A DNA stretch of 64,000 bases from Candidatus Nealsonbacteria bacterium (GCA_016188865.1 JACPGX010000005.1:9188-73187), one strand, 5' to 3'. Shown: positions 9,349 through 19,184, counted from the stretch's first letter. Numbers and translations are program-made. The notes: generated from the sequence alone by a model not told the origin.

Positions 9349-12300
9349 TTTTTCAACTGAATTTCTAAATAAAAAGTTGGGAACGTTTTTAGCAGTGATT
9401 ACAATATTTGTAATCACTGTTTTGTTTACAGGCAATTCAGTTTTTGCGGCAAAAATGAAAATCAGCGAGCAGGAAGTTGAGAGAATCAAAACAGCCCTAG
9501 GCTTTGTTAGCACTGTTTCAAATATCGGAAGCATTATTCTTGATGGAGGAAATCTTACAACCATTTTAAATACAGCTATCAGCGGCGGGCGAACAGCTAC
9601 TGATGCTACCTACGGCCTGCTTGTTTTGAGCGCGATTAATGAGATGGAATTTATGGATTTGGTGCTTTCGCAGGAATATAAAGATATAGCAATAAATTAT
9701 TTCACAAAAGTTTTAGATGAAAGAACTAATTTACGTTCTTATTGGAAGGGAGTTGGTTTTGATATGCCGAGAGTAGTAGCGGGAACTATTAATAGTCCGA
9801 TAGGAGCTCTAACTTTAAATACTTTTGAAATGACCGATAAGGTTATTTCAATACTTACAGCTTTTAATAATTTGCAAACAGGAATAAGATACGACGGCTT
9901 GTGGTATTATTTTGATTTTAGGAGGGGTGGCGATTCACACGAGGAAGCGTGGGCATTAGTGGAAGAGCAAATGGGCTGGGCGGCAAAGCCAAATCCTTTT
10001 ATGCCTCAAAAATTAACAAAAAATAATTATCCTCAACTCGAGCAGCAATTTGCCGCTCTTTGGTATAAATATGGTCCCCACGTTACATCCCAAGGCCTTA
10101 GCCAAAAGTACAAAGAGCAAGTTAAAAGCGATTTGCGCCAAACTTTAGCCACCGCCATAGAAGAAAATACACGGGTGCAACCCGTGTATGTCAAGGAGGT
10201 GTCGGCTTGGGATAAGCTTTTGGCCCAGCTGGAAAAAATAAAAAATAATTTGATCAAACTAACTTCTCGGATTTGGTATTTTGCAGCCGGCCCCATAGTC
10301 AAGCTCGAAAAGAATATTGTTAACACTGACGCAACCTCCAAGGTTGATGAAGAAACCTCGGATATTGAAGCGCCAGAGATTAATGTGCCAGAGTTTATCC
10401 TTGAATCTACTGAAATCGCGGATAACGGACTCCCGCAAGCTCCGCAAGCTGAAGAGGCGGAGAAAATAATGGATATCGGATATCCATTAACTCATCCATT
10501 AATTGTAGAGGTTGAACCTCCCTCCGTTGTGGTTCAACCTTCTTTGCCTGAACTTCAGTTATGCGAGAGGGGACTAGCGGGTGCGGCTAGGCAATATCGC
10601 GCGCTTATTAACGAAGTAGCTTGGATGGGTGATAAAGAATCCACCAGCAACGAATGGATAGAGTTGAAAAATATCTTTGGCTTGCCATTAAATCTTCAGG
10701 GATGGCAGATGCAGGATAAAGATCAGCAGATTAAAAAAAATTTTAGCGCAGAAGATATTATTCCAGTTAATGGCTATATTCTTTTGCAACGCACTAAAGA
10801 TTATTCGGGCGCTTTAAATAACACCGATGAAGCTCTTTATCTTTTTGACAATAACTGTCAATTAGAAGACGAAGTTTTAGCAAATTTTGATTGGCCAGCT
10901 GGCAACAACGTTGAGAAAAAACCAATGCAAAGATATGATGGTTTGTATTGGTACACCCAAGAAGCAACTCCCGGAGCAGAAAACCTTGCTCCTCTTTCGC
11001 CAATTTACAGCAGCGGCGCAACTCCCGCGTCAACTCCCGCACCCCAGCCCTCTGCACCTTCAAATTTGCCATCATTTACAGTATTAATTAACGAAATTGC
11101 TTGGTCGGGCACTAAAGCCAATTCAGCTGACGAATGGCTTGAGCTTTACAACACCACTAATTCAACCATTGATTTAGTCGGCTGGACATTAAAAGCCGCA
11201 GATGATGCTCCTTCCCTCACTTTTTCAACATCAAGTATTCCAGCCAAGGGATATTTTCTTTTGGAAAGAACCGATGATACAACGGTCAACGATATTTCAG
11301 CCGATTTTATTTATACTGGAGCTTTAGGCAATGATGGCGAGAAATTGGAATTAAGAGATGCTGGCGGAAATTTAATTGATTTTATTGATAATTCGTCCGG
11401 CTGGGCTGCCGGCCAAGCTTCGCCCAACTATATTTCCATGGAAAGAGTGAATTCTTCAACTTGGGCCGGCAATAATCGCATTAGCCGCAATGGCTTAGAT
11501 GCTGACGGCAATCAAATCAATGGCACGCCAAGAGCAGAAAACAGCGTTTCTAAATCTTCCACGCAGATCCCTTCTAATTTTACCATTACCGAAGACTTAA
11601 CCCTGACTTATTTGGGCAGTCCTTATTTAGTGGAAGGGTCTTTTTTTGTTTCGGGCGCTAAGCTGACAATTGAGCCCGGCGTAACAGTCAAATTCAAACA
11701 CGTTGGCTCTAATAATCAAAATGCTTTGCTGAAAGTAGAAGATGGCACCTTAGAAGCTGTAGGAACAGCCAGCCAAAAAATTACTTTTACTTCTTCCATC
11801 ACCCAACCAGCTGCTGGCGACTGGGACGGGCTTTATCTTAAAAATTCCAACTCGACTATAAATAATGCGGTTATCAACTACGGCGGCAAACTGCACCAGC
11901 CATGTTGTTATGAATGGACTCCTTACACTTTCGGAGCCGTTTACATAGACGGAGGCAACGCCCAAATTATCAATTCTTTAATTGAAAAGAGCGGTACTTT
12001 CGGCTTGTGGCTTAAAAATTCCACTACCACGCAAATTGCCAGCAGTGAATTTAAAGATAATCAAGGAGCCGACTATAACGGCAAGGCAGCAGCTGTGCTG
12101 ATTGAAAATAGCAATCCCACCATTAAAGATTCGATCTTTTCAGGCAATACAGTCGGCATTTTGGCGGAGAATTATTCTTCCCCCGCCGTAAGAGACAACC
12201 AATTTATTCAAAATACCACGCCAATTCAAATTACCAGCCTTTTAACCGACATTAGCGGCAACACTTTTCAGAATAATAATATTGACGGAGTTTTGGTGGC

Positions 12301-12886
12301 TAGTTTTGGATTTTCAGGCGATAATCCCCAAGAAATAACTTGGAAAAAAATCAATGTGCCGTATTTTATTGACAGCCACGTAATCATTTCTTCCGGTTAC
12401 AAGCTTATAGTTAATCCGGGAGTGGAAGTCAGATTAAAAAACAATGGCCGAGTAGACGTTGACGGTACACTGGAAGCCATTGGCACAGCTCAGGACAAAA
12501 TAGTCTTTACCGGCGCCAGCCAAATTGCCGGCTCATGGAAGTACATTAAATTTTCTGCTTCCAGCGCCAGTTCTACTTTAGAAAATGTTACAGTCAGCTA
12601 CGGCGGCTATTGGGATGAGTGGGGCGGAGCCAGGTACGGCGCAGTGAAGATTGATGGCTTAAGCCTTTCCATAAAAGATTCCACTTTTGAAAATAATCGC
12701 ACAGGCATTGAATTCATCAACGGTAATTTGGCTAGCCAAAGCCAAAATATATCAGTCAAGAATAATGGGGTTGGCGTTTACGTGTCAGCCGGCAATTGTC
12801 CAAGTTTATCAGCTATTACTTTTGGCAGTGGTAATAACGCCAACACCACCTATAATGTCTTTCCCGAGAATTGCGGACCGCAGTAA
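9335..12886 (+). CDS. Large surface protein with two lamin-tail domains and C-terminal parallel beta-helix repeats
   Basis: 1183 aa with an N-terminal TM. LTD signatures INEVAWMGD..NEWIELKN and INEIAWSGT..DEWLELYN. Pro/Ser linkers. Repeated NN/GxxI beta-helix (PbH1-like) units. Confidence 0.8.
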   Translation: MVNGNFSTEFLNKKLGTFLAVITIFVITVLFTGNSVFAAKMKISEQEVERIKTALGFVSTVSNIGSIILDGGNLTTILNTAISGGRTATDATYGLLVLSAINEMEFMDLVLSQEYKDIAINYFTKVLDERTNLRSYWKGVGFDMPRVVAGTINSPIGALTLNTFEMTDKVISILTAFNNLQTGIRYDGLWYYFDFRRGGDSHEEAWALVEEQMGWAAKPNPFMPQKLTKNNYPQLEQQFAALWYKYGPHVTSQGLSQKYKEQVKSDLRQTLATAIEENTRVQPVYVKEVSAWDKLLAQLEKIKNNLIKLTSRIWYFAAGPIVKLEKNIVNTDATSKVDEETSDIEAPEINVPEFILESTEIADNGLPQAPQAEEAEKIMDIGYPLTHPLIVEVEPPSVVVQPSLPELQLCERGLAGAARQYRALINEVAWMGDKESTSNEWIELKNIFGLPLNLQGWQMQDKDQQIKKNFSAEDIIPVNGYILLQRTKDYSGALNNTDEALYLFDNNCQLEDEVLANFDWPAGNNVEKKPMQRYDGLYWYTQEATPGAENLAPLSPIYSSGATPASTPAPQPSAPSNLPSFTVLINEIAWSGTKANSADEWLELYNTTNSTIDLVGWTLKAADDAPSLTFSTSSIPAKGYFLLERTDDTTVNDISADFIYTGALGNDGEKLELRDAGGNLIDFIDNSSGWAAGQASPNYISMERVNSSTWAGNNRISRNGLDADGNQINGTPRAENSVSKSSTQIPSNFTITEDLTLTYLGSPYLVEGSFFVSGAKLTIEPGVTVKFKHVGSNNQNALLKVEDGTLEAVGTASQKITFTSSITQPAAGDWDGLYLKNSNSTINNAVINYGGKLHQPCCYEWTPYTFGAVYIDGGNAQIINSLIEKSGTFGLWLKNSTTTQIASSEFKDNQGADYNGKAAAVLIENSNPTIKDSIFSGNTVGILAENYSSPAVRDNQFIQNTTPIQITSLLTDISGNTFQNNNIDGVLVASFGFSGDNPQEITWKKINVPYFIDSHVIISSGYKLIVNPGVEVRLKNNGRVDVDGTLEAIGTAQDKIVFTGASQIAGSWKYIKFSASSASSTLENVTVSYGGYWDEWGGARYGAVKIDGLSLSIKDSTFENNRTGIEFINGNLASQSQNISVKNNGVGVYVSAGNCPSLSAITFGSGNNANTTYNVFPENCGPQ

Positions 12887-12905
12887 AATTTGATATTATT
12901 TTAGT

Positions 12906-13292
12906 ATGAACAATAATAAAATAATCAGTTTAGTTTTACGAATAGCGGTTGCCGGTGAATTTTTGGGGCATGGCGTTTTCGCGCTCCAAGGCAAGAAAGC
13001 GTGGGTTGAGTGGTTTTCTATTTTTGGCATTTCAGACCCAGGTGTGGCAACAAAGCTGTTATTCTTGCTCGGCATTCTTGATATAGCACTTGCCGCGCTG
13101 GTTTTGATTAAGCCTATTCGTATAGCGCTCCTTTGGATGGCTTTTTGGGGATTCTGGACAGCTCTGTTGCGTCCGATTGTTGGCGAGCCGATCTGGGACT
13201 TTGTTGAGCGCTGGGCAAATTGGGGCGCTCCCTTGGCTTTATTGCTGATAATTGGCTGGCCCAAGAACTGGAAAGAGTGGCTTTCGGGATAA
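12906..13292 (+). CDS. Small integral membrane protein (DoxX-like, tentative)
   Basis: 128 aa with 4 predicted TM helices. RIAVAGEFLGHGVFAL resembles the DoxX-like family. Confidence 0.45.
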   Translation: MNNNKIISLVLRIAVAGEFLGHGVFALQGKKAWVEWFSIFGISDPGVATKLLFLLGILDIALAALVLIKPIRIALLWMAFWGFWTALLRPIVGEPIWDFVERWANWGAPLALLLIIGWPKNWKEWLSG

Positions 13293-13293
13293 T

Positions 13294-14247
13294 ATGGATT
13301 ATAAAGACAAAAAAATTATAGTCCTTGGCGCAGGATTTGCCGGATTTCAATGCGCTAAATTTTTAAATAGGTTTTTTCCCGGGCAAATTACCTTGATCGA
13401 TAAAAACGATTATCACCTTTATACGCCGCTTCTTTACGAATTAGACGAAGGGAAAGTAAAATTGCCCATTAAAACATCAGCTAAATTTATCCAGAAAGAA
13501 GTCAGTGATTTTCATGAATTGGATTATGATTATTTGGTTTTAGCCACTGGAGCCGAAGTAAACTATTACAATATCCCCGGGTTAAAAGAAAGCGCCATAA
13601 CCTTTAAAAATTTAGAAGATATTAAAAAATTACAGAAAGTTCCAGCTGGTGAAATTTTAATTATCGGTGGAGGATTTACCGGCTGCGAGCTGGCTATGGA
13701 GTTGGCTATAAAATTGACGGGTGAACGATTAAAAATTGTTGATGCCAGTACTTGCATTTTGCCTAATTTGGACGAAGAATTAAGAAAAAAAGCCGAAAGA
13801 CGATTAAGAAAGTGGGGAGTTGAAATTTTCTGCGGCTATAAATTAACGAAAGTAGAAAATCAGCAAGTTTTTTTTGAAAACGGAAAAGTTTTTAAGTTTG
13901 ATAATTTGGTTTGGACGGGCGGGGTAAGGCTGGGGCGGCATAAAGTTGATGAATTTTTAAGGGTGAAAGAAGAAAAAAATGTTTTTGCCATCGGCGATTG
14001 CGCTTCAACTAGCCCGGGGCTTATCAGGCCGGCTCTTAATCAGGCAAAAATTGCGGCAGAAAACATCAAAAGAAGCATTGAAGGAAAAGCGCTGGCAGCT
14101 TATAAGCCGAAAGTTTGGGCCGTAGTTGTTCCTCTTGGCGGATATTATGCTGTAGCTAAAATTGGTAAGATAAAAATAGCTGGATTTATCGCATGGTTTA
14201 TTAAAGAAATAATTAATTTTTGGTATACAAAAAATTATAGTCGTTAG
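13294..14247 (+). CDS. FAD/NAD(P)-dependent oxidoreductase (type II NADH dehydrogenase-like)
   Basis: Start moved to ATG 13294 (MDYKDKKIIVLGAGFAGFQ, GxGxxG). Second dinucleotide fold ILIIGGGFTGCELA. FAIGDCA motif. Confidence 0.7.
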   Translation: MDYKDKKIIVLGAGFAGFQCAKFLNRFFPGQITLIDKNDYHLYTPLLYELDEGKVKLPIKTSAKFIQKEVSDFHELDYDYLVLATGAEVNYYNIPGLKESAITFKNLEDIKKLQKVPAGEILIIGGGFTGCELAMELAIKLTGERLKIVDASTCILPNLDEELRKKAERRLRKWGVEIFCGYKLTKVENQQVFFENGKVFKFDNLVWTGGVRLGRHKVDEFLRVKEEKNVFAIGDCASTSPGLIRPALNQAKIAAENIKRSIEGKALAAYKPKVWAVVVPLGGYYAVAKIGKIKIAGFIAWFIKEIINFWYTKNYSR

Positions 14248-14250
14248 ATT

Positions 14251-15981
14251 ATGTTAGGCTCTTCCATTGAAGAAATAAAAAATCGGCTGGATATCGTCGA
14301 AGTCATAGGTTCTTATATTAAATTAAGCAAGGCCGGAATCAATTTTCGCGCCCCCTGCCCTTTTCATTCAGAAAAAAAGCCTTCTTTTTTCGTTTCTCCT
14401 GTCCGTCAAATCTGGCATTGTTTTGGATGCAATTCCGGCGGAGACATTTTTAAGTTTGTGATGCAAATTGAAGGCGTGGAATTCGGCGATGCCCTGCGTC
14501 TTTTGGCTCAAAAGGCCGGCGTGGAACTAAAAAAACAATCTCCGGAATATGTTCAGTGGAAGAGCAATAGAGAAAGACTTTACGAAATTTGCGAGCTGGC
14601 TTGCCGTTTTTTTGAAAAACAACTGGAAGAAGGAACCACGGGAAAAGAAGCCAAGCAGTATCTTTTGGGTAGGGGCATAACGGAGGAAAGCCTTAAGAAA
14701 TGGCGGGTGGGCTATGCCCCTGATGTTTGGCAGGGCTTGTCTGATTTTCTGAGTTCCAGAGGGTACAAGAAAGAAGAAATTGAGAAAGCAGGGCTTGCCC
14801 TGAGCTCGTCGAAGGGTTCTTTTTACGATAGGTTTCGGAGCAGAATTATTTTCCCGATTTTTGATTTAAACTCTCAAGTGGTCGGCTTTGGCGGCAGAAT
14901 TTTTAAGTCTGACGATCCGGCTAAGTATGTTAATTCTCCCAGCACTTTGCTTTATGATAAAAGCAGAATTCTTTATGGTTTGAATAAAGCCAAGGTAGAA
15001 ATTAGAAAGAAAAATTACTGTATTTTAGTAGAAGGCTACGTGGATTTGATTTTAGTTTCACAGGCAGGTTCAGAAAACGTAGTTGCTACTTCCGGCACAG
15101 CTCTTACTCCTTACCAATTGCAGATTATTAAAAGATATTCCGATAATTTATATACTGCTTTTGATATGGACGTGGGAGGAGATTCAGCTACCAAAAGAGG
15201 CATAGATTTGGCTCAAGCTCAGGGCTTTAACGTTAAAGTAATCACCATGCCCGAAGGCAAAGATCCGGCAGATGTTATTTCTCAAAATCCTCAAGACTGG
15301 GAGGGATTGGTGAAATCAGTTAAATCAATACTGGAATTTTATTTTGAAACAACTTTTTCCAGGTTTTCCAGCGGCACTGCTGATGGCAAGAGAGAGATAT
15401 CAAAAATTCTTTTGCCCGTAATTAAAAGAATACCCAACAAAATTGAGCAATCGCACTGGCTGCAGGAATTGTCCAAAAAAATAAGCATAAGAGAAGATGT
15501 AATTACAGAAGAGCTCAAAAAAATAAACATTACAAATTTGCCAAATAATTTTATAATAGAAGATATGGAAAGCAAAGTTCCGGTTTCAGTAAAAACCAGA
15601 AAAGAATTATTGGAAGAAAGAATTGCTTCTTTAGCCATAAAATCTCCTCAGGACTCCTTATGCCTTATTACCGAAGATTGCACCCCCTTCTTTGGACAGA
15701 AAATTCAAACGGTCTTAGCCGATTTAAAAAATAAAATTTTGCCTCAGGACCAGGAATTTTTTAATTATTTGTCCTTGAAGGCCGAAGTTGAGGAAGAGGG
15801 GATTGACTGCGAAAAAGAGATTAAGACCTGCTTAAGGGAAATAAGTAATTTGGATACGAGAAAGCAGCTAGACGGACTATCTCAAGATATTAAAAAAGCC
15901 GAAGACGAGAAAGACCCTGCCAGAGTTTCCAGTTTAATACAAAAATTTAAAGAGTTAACAAGTAAATTAGTAAATATATGA
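14251..15981 (+). CDS. dnaG: DNA primase DnaG
   Basis: Zinc ribbon [36 protein letters not shown] region [20 protein letters not shown]. Confidence 0.95.
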   Translation: MLGSSIEEIKNRLDIVEVIGSYIKLSKAGINFRAPCPFHSEKKPSFFVSPVRQIWHCFGCNSGGDIFKFVMQIEGVEFGDALRLLAQKAGVELKKQSPEYVQWKSNRERLYEICELACRFFEKQLEEGTTGKEAKQYLLGRGITEESLKKWRVGYAPDVWQGLSDFLSSRGYKKEEIEKAGLALSSSKGSFYDRFRSRIIFPIFDLNSQVVGFGGRIFKSDDPAKYVNSPSTLLYDKSRILYGLNKAKVEIRKKNYCILVEGYVDLILVSQAGSENVVATSGTALTPYQLQIIKRYSDNLYTAFDMDVGGDSATKRGIDLAQAQGFNVKVITMPEGKDPADVISQNPQDWEGLVKSVKSILEFYFETTFSRFSSGTADGKREISKILLPVIKRIPNKIEQSHWLQELSKKISIREDVITEELKKINITNLPNNFIIEDMESKVPVSVKTRKELLEERIASLAIKSPQDSLCLITEDCTPFFGQKIQTVLADLKNKILPQDQEFFNYLSLKAEVEEEGIDCEKEIKTCLREISNLDTRKQLDGLSQDIKKAEDEKDPARVSSLIQKFKELTSKLVNI

Positions 15982-17189
15982 AGAAGAAAAAGACCCGTCG
16001 AAAGCTAAAGCATTCAGGCGGGCGGAGAAAACACGTTAAGGGGCCAAAGAAGCGGATAATCAGGCGAGCAAAGAAACCCGCCAAAAGGCCGCGAATGCGG
16101 CCAATTAGGCGGGCAGGGGAAAAAATTGGAAAAATAGTGACGCCGGAAAAAATTCAGGAATTGATAGATAAAGCCAAAAATAGGGGATTTATCACCTACT
16201 CTGAAATTTTGTATTTATTTCCGGAAATAGAAAAAGACATAAAAGGCCTGGAACTTCTTTACGACGAGCTGGAAAAAAGAGGAATTGAAGTTAAGGAAAC
16301 CAGGGAATTTTTAGAAGTCGGCCCTAAAACTAAAGAACCGTTTGGCGGAGGAGCAGAAACTGTTTTAGATCCTGTTCAAATATACTTAAAAGAAATTGGA
16401 ACCGTTTCCTTTTTAACAGCAGATGAGGAAAAAGAATTGGCAAAGCGCATTGAAAAAGGCGATGACGAGGCGAAAAATAAATTGATGAGAGCCAATTTAA
16501 GATTGGTTGTTTCTATTGCCAAAAAATATATTGGCAGGTCTCCGAATTTAACTTTGCTTGATTTAATTCAGGAGGGGAATATCGGCTTAAGAAGAGCGGT
16601 TGAAAAATTCGATTGGAGAAGGGGTTATAAGTTTTCCACTTACGCCACTTGGTGGATAAGACAGGCAATTACCAGAGCCCTTGCTGATCAAGCCAGAACC
16701 ATAAGGATTCCAGTGCACATGGTTGAAACTATCTCTAAATATACTCAAGTTAGGCGTCGTCTTTTGCAGGATTTGGGCAGAGAACCATTAGCCGAAGAAA
16801 TTGCCGCTGAAATGGGCATTGATGTAGATAAAGTCCATCATATTCAGAAAATTTCCCAAGAGACAGTTTCCTTGGAAACTCCGGTTGGCGAAGGAGAGGA
16901 AGATTCTGTTTTGGCTGAGTTTATTGAAGATGAAAAAATTATCACTCCGTCTCAAGAAGCGGCAAGAACTTTACTGCGCGAAAGATTGTCGGAAATTTTG
17001 GTTGATTTAGCTCCCAGAGAGCAAAAAATTCTGGCAATGCGTTTTGGTTTGGAAGACGGCGTCACTCATACCCTTGAAGAGGTGGGCAAGGAATTTGGCG
17101 TCACTCGTGAAAGAATTCGCCAAATTGAAGCTAAGGCTCTTGATCGCATTCGCGACCACGCCGCTTTAAAAAAGTTGAAAGGATATTAG
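15978..17189 (+). CDS. rpoD: Primary RNA polymerase sigma factor (RpoD/SigA) with a highly basic N-terminal extension
   Basis: Regions 2-4 are present: [48 protein letters not shown] and [24 protein letters not shown] overlap with dnaG. Confidence 0.95.
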   Translation: MKKKKTRRKLKHSGGRRKHVKGPKKRIIRRAKKPAKRPRMRPIRRAGEKIGKIVTPEKIQELIDKAKNRGFITYSEILYLFPEIEKDIKGLELLYDELEKRGIEVKETREFLEVGPKTKEPFGGGAETVLDPVQIYLKEIGTVSFLTADEEKELAKRIEKGDDEAKNKLMRANLRLVVSIAKKYIGRSPNLTLLDLIQEGNIGLRRAVEKFDWRRGYKFSTYATWWIRQAITRALADQARTIRIPVHMVETISKYTQVRRRLLQDLGREPLAEEIAAEMGIDVDKVHHIQKISQETVSLETPVGEGEEDSVLAEFIEDEKIITPSQEAARTLLRERLSEILVDLAPREQKILAMRFGLEDGVTHTLEEVGKEFGVTRERIRQIEAKALDRIRDHAALKKLKGY

Positions 17190-17304
17190 GGTTATACAGG
17201 GCCTTGAAAATAACCGTAAACAATGTTAATTTACATAGGAAAATAATGGGATGGATTGAAGGAGTCTTTAAGCAAAGTTAAAATAATTATTTTCGCCGTT
17301 GCGC

Positions 17305-17571
17305 TCCGCGGTGGCGCAATGGTAGCGCGGCTCGCTGTAGTAAATGCAGCTCCCTAAGGAAACTTAAGGATGAAATTTCTGGGATAACGGTGGAACCCTT
17401 ATGGGGTAATACCGTGGGAACCCCCTCCTCCAGAGGAGGGGGGCACCGTAGAGACTAGATACCAGAACACCTAAAACAGAAACGTTATGGTGAAGATATA
17501 GTCCACTCCTAAAAGTAATTTTAGGGCATAGTGTAACGAGAAGGTTGCAGGTTCGAATCCTGCCCGCGGAG
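17305..17571 (+). tRNA. tRNA-Asn (GUU) interrupted by a group I intron (exons 17305-17338 and 17534-17571)
   Basis: Spliced product is 72 nt: TCCGCGG TG GCGC AATGGTA GCGC G GCTCG CTGT|TAA CGAGA AGGTT GCAGG TTCGAAT CCTGC CCGCGGA G. U1-A72 and G73 are typical of bacterial tRNA-Asn. No encoded CCA. Confidence 0.85.
17339..17533 (+). ncRNA. Group I intron (195 nt, no ORF) in the anticodon loop
   Basis: P1 is GCUGU|..GCAGC with a U.G at the splice site. P3 UUCUGG/CCAGAA. P4 ACGGUG/CACCGU. P7 ACUAGAU/AUAUAGU within the conserved GUAGAGACUAGA and AGAUAUAGUCC blocks. P8 CACC/GGUG. P9 CCUAAAA-guaa-UUUUAGG. Terminal omega-G at 17533. Confidence 0.85.
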
Positions 17572-17586
17572 CGCAACGGCGAAAGA

Positions 17587-17609
17587 GCCGCCCGAATGGG
17601 CGGCTTTTT
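17587..17609 (+). terminator. Intrinsic terminator after tRNA-Asn
   Basis: GCCGCCC-gaat-GGGCGGC followed by TTTTT. Confidence 0.85.
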
Positions 17610-17691
17610 AGTCCTTGCCCTTGCCCCACCCGCCCGTGCGCGGGCAACAGATTTACTCCCATTGCCTCAAAGTTATCCACAGTTGACGCCC

Positions 17692-17720
17692 TTGTCTGTT
17701 CTATAAATGTTCTATATAAT
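17692..17720 (+). promoter_or_regulatory. Putative promoter with embedded GTTC-N7-GTTC direct repeat (candidate LexA box)
   Basis: TTGTCT (17692-17697), then a 17-nt spacer made of GTTCtataaatGTTC (17698-17712) plus ta, then TATAAT (17715-17720). The ATG lies 8 nt after the -10 box with no SD, so the mRNA looks leaderless. Confidence 0.5.
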
Positions 17721-17728
17721 ATAATAAT

Positions 17729-19180
17729 ATGCTTACCAAAAGACAAAAACAGATTTTTGAATACGTAAAAAAATATATTGAAAAAAAGGATTACGCCCCT
17801 TCTTTTGAAGACATAAGAAAGCATTTTAGATTAGCTTCGAGATCTACCGTTCATCACCACATAGAGGCCTTAGAAGAGAAAGGATATTTAAATAAATTTG
17901 GCAGCCGAGCCCGTGCTATAGAAATTATAAAAAATAAAGGATCTTCATTTTTGGTTAATGTTCCGCTACTTGGAACAATAGCCGCGGGTCAACCGATAGA
18001 GGCGATTGAAAATAAAGAAATAATTGCGGTGCCGAAAGATAAGATTCATTATTCGGAAGAAGTCTATGCTTTAAGGGTGGCCGGCAATAGTATGATTGAC
18101 GAAAATATTAATAATGGAGATATTATTCTGGTGAGACACCAAGAAACTGCCGAAAATGGGCAAAAAATTGTTGCTTTGATAGATAATCACGAGGCGACAC
18201 TTAAAAAATATTATCGAGAGGGAGGGCATATCCGTTTACAGCCGGCCAACAAGAGCATGGAACCGATTATTCTTCGAAATGGTCGTGATATTTCCATACA
18301 AGGAGTAGTTCTCGACGTTATCAGGGGTCTTGGCACGTTTCCTTCCGAAAATGTTTTACCGGATGAGTTAATAAAACAAGTAAAATCTAAAAATAGTGCT
18401 CCATATTTTAAAATGAATAACCTTGAAATATATAAAGAGGATATTCTTAAAATTAGTTCAATCCCCGATAATTCAGTTGATCTGATTGTTACTTCGCCGC
18501 CCTACAACGTAGATATTCATTACAATTCCCATGCAGATAATTTAACTTACGATGATTATCTAGAATTTACCAGAAAGTGGATTAAAAAGTGTTTTGATTT
18601 AGCAAAAAGTGAGGGACGATTTTTGCTGAATATCCCACTTGATAAAAATAAGGGTGGCCAAAAATCAGTTGGGGCAGATATTACTAAAATTGCAAAAGAT
18701 ATTGGCTGGAAATATCACTCAACAATTGTCTGGAATGAAGGAAATATATCTCGCCGCACCGCTTGGGGTTCGTTTATGTCCGCTTCCGCCCCATATGTTA
18801 TTGCTCCGGTGGAATTGATTTTAGTTTTATACAAAGATAGTTGGAAAAAAACAGGCGGCAGTAGGAAAAACGATATCACAAAGCAAGAGTTTATGGACTG
18901 GACTAATGGAGTTTGGACTTTCAATGGCCAAAGCAAAAAGGGGGCAGGTGGCCACCCCGCGCCATTTCCGATTGAGTTGCCAAGGAGATGTATCAAATTA
19001 TTCAGTTTCATTGGCGACACGGTTCTAGACCCATTTTTGGGCAGCGGTTCAACATTAATCGCTTCTTACCTGCACGATAGAAAAGGGATTGGCGTTGACA
19101 TTGATGAAAAGTATTGTAAGATTGCTATAGAGCGGTTGCAACAGGAAGGTAAAATAAATCAAAAAAGTTTATTAAAATAA
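17729..19180 (+). CDS. LexA repressor (wHTH + S24 peptidase) fused to a beta-class N4/N6 DNA methyltransferase
   Basis: aa 1-200 form a full LexA: wHTH STVHHHIEALEEKGYL, cleavage site TIAA|GQP, Ser in VAGNSM, Lys in ATLKKY. aa 229-483 form the MTase: MNNLEIYKEDIL.., motif IV DLIVTSPPYN, HPAPFPIELP, motif I VLDPFLGSGST. The track shows one continuous 483-aa ORF. Confidence 0.8.
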   Translation: MLTKRQKQIFEYVKKYIEKKDYAPSFEDIRKHFRLASRSTVHHHIEALEEKGYLNKFGSRARAIEIIKNKGSSFLVNVPLLGTIAAGQPIEAIENKEIIAVPKDKIHYSEEVYALRVAGNSMIDENINNGDIILVRHQETAENGQKIVALIDNHEATLKKYYREGGHIRLQPANKSMEPIILRNGRDISIQGVVLDVIRGLGTFPSENVLPDELIKQVKSKNSAPYFKMNNLEIYKEDILKISSIPDNSVDLIVTSPPYNVDIHYNSHADNLTYDDYLEFTRKWIKKCFDLAKSEGRFLLNIPLDKNKGGQKSVGADITKIAKDIGWKYHSTIVWNEGNISRRTAWGSFMSASAPYVIAPVELILVLYKDSWKKTGGSRKNDITKQEFMDWTNGVWTFNGQSKKGAGGHPAPFPIELPRRCIKLFSFIGDTVLDPFLGSGSTLIASYLHDRKGIGVDIDEKYCKIAIERLQQEGKINQKSLLK

Positions 19181-19184
19181 CGCC

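Noticed and set aside
17364-17824. Minus-strand ORFs of 70 aa and 117 aa across the tRNA-Asn/intron locus and the LexA promoter.
   Set aside because: They are fully explained by the tRNA exons, group I intron, terminator and promoter on the plus strand.
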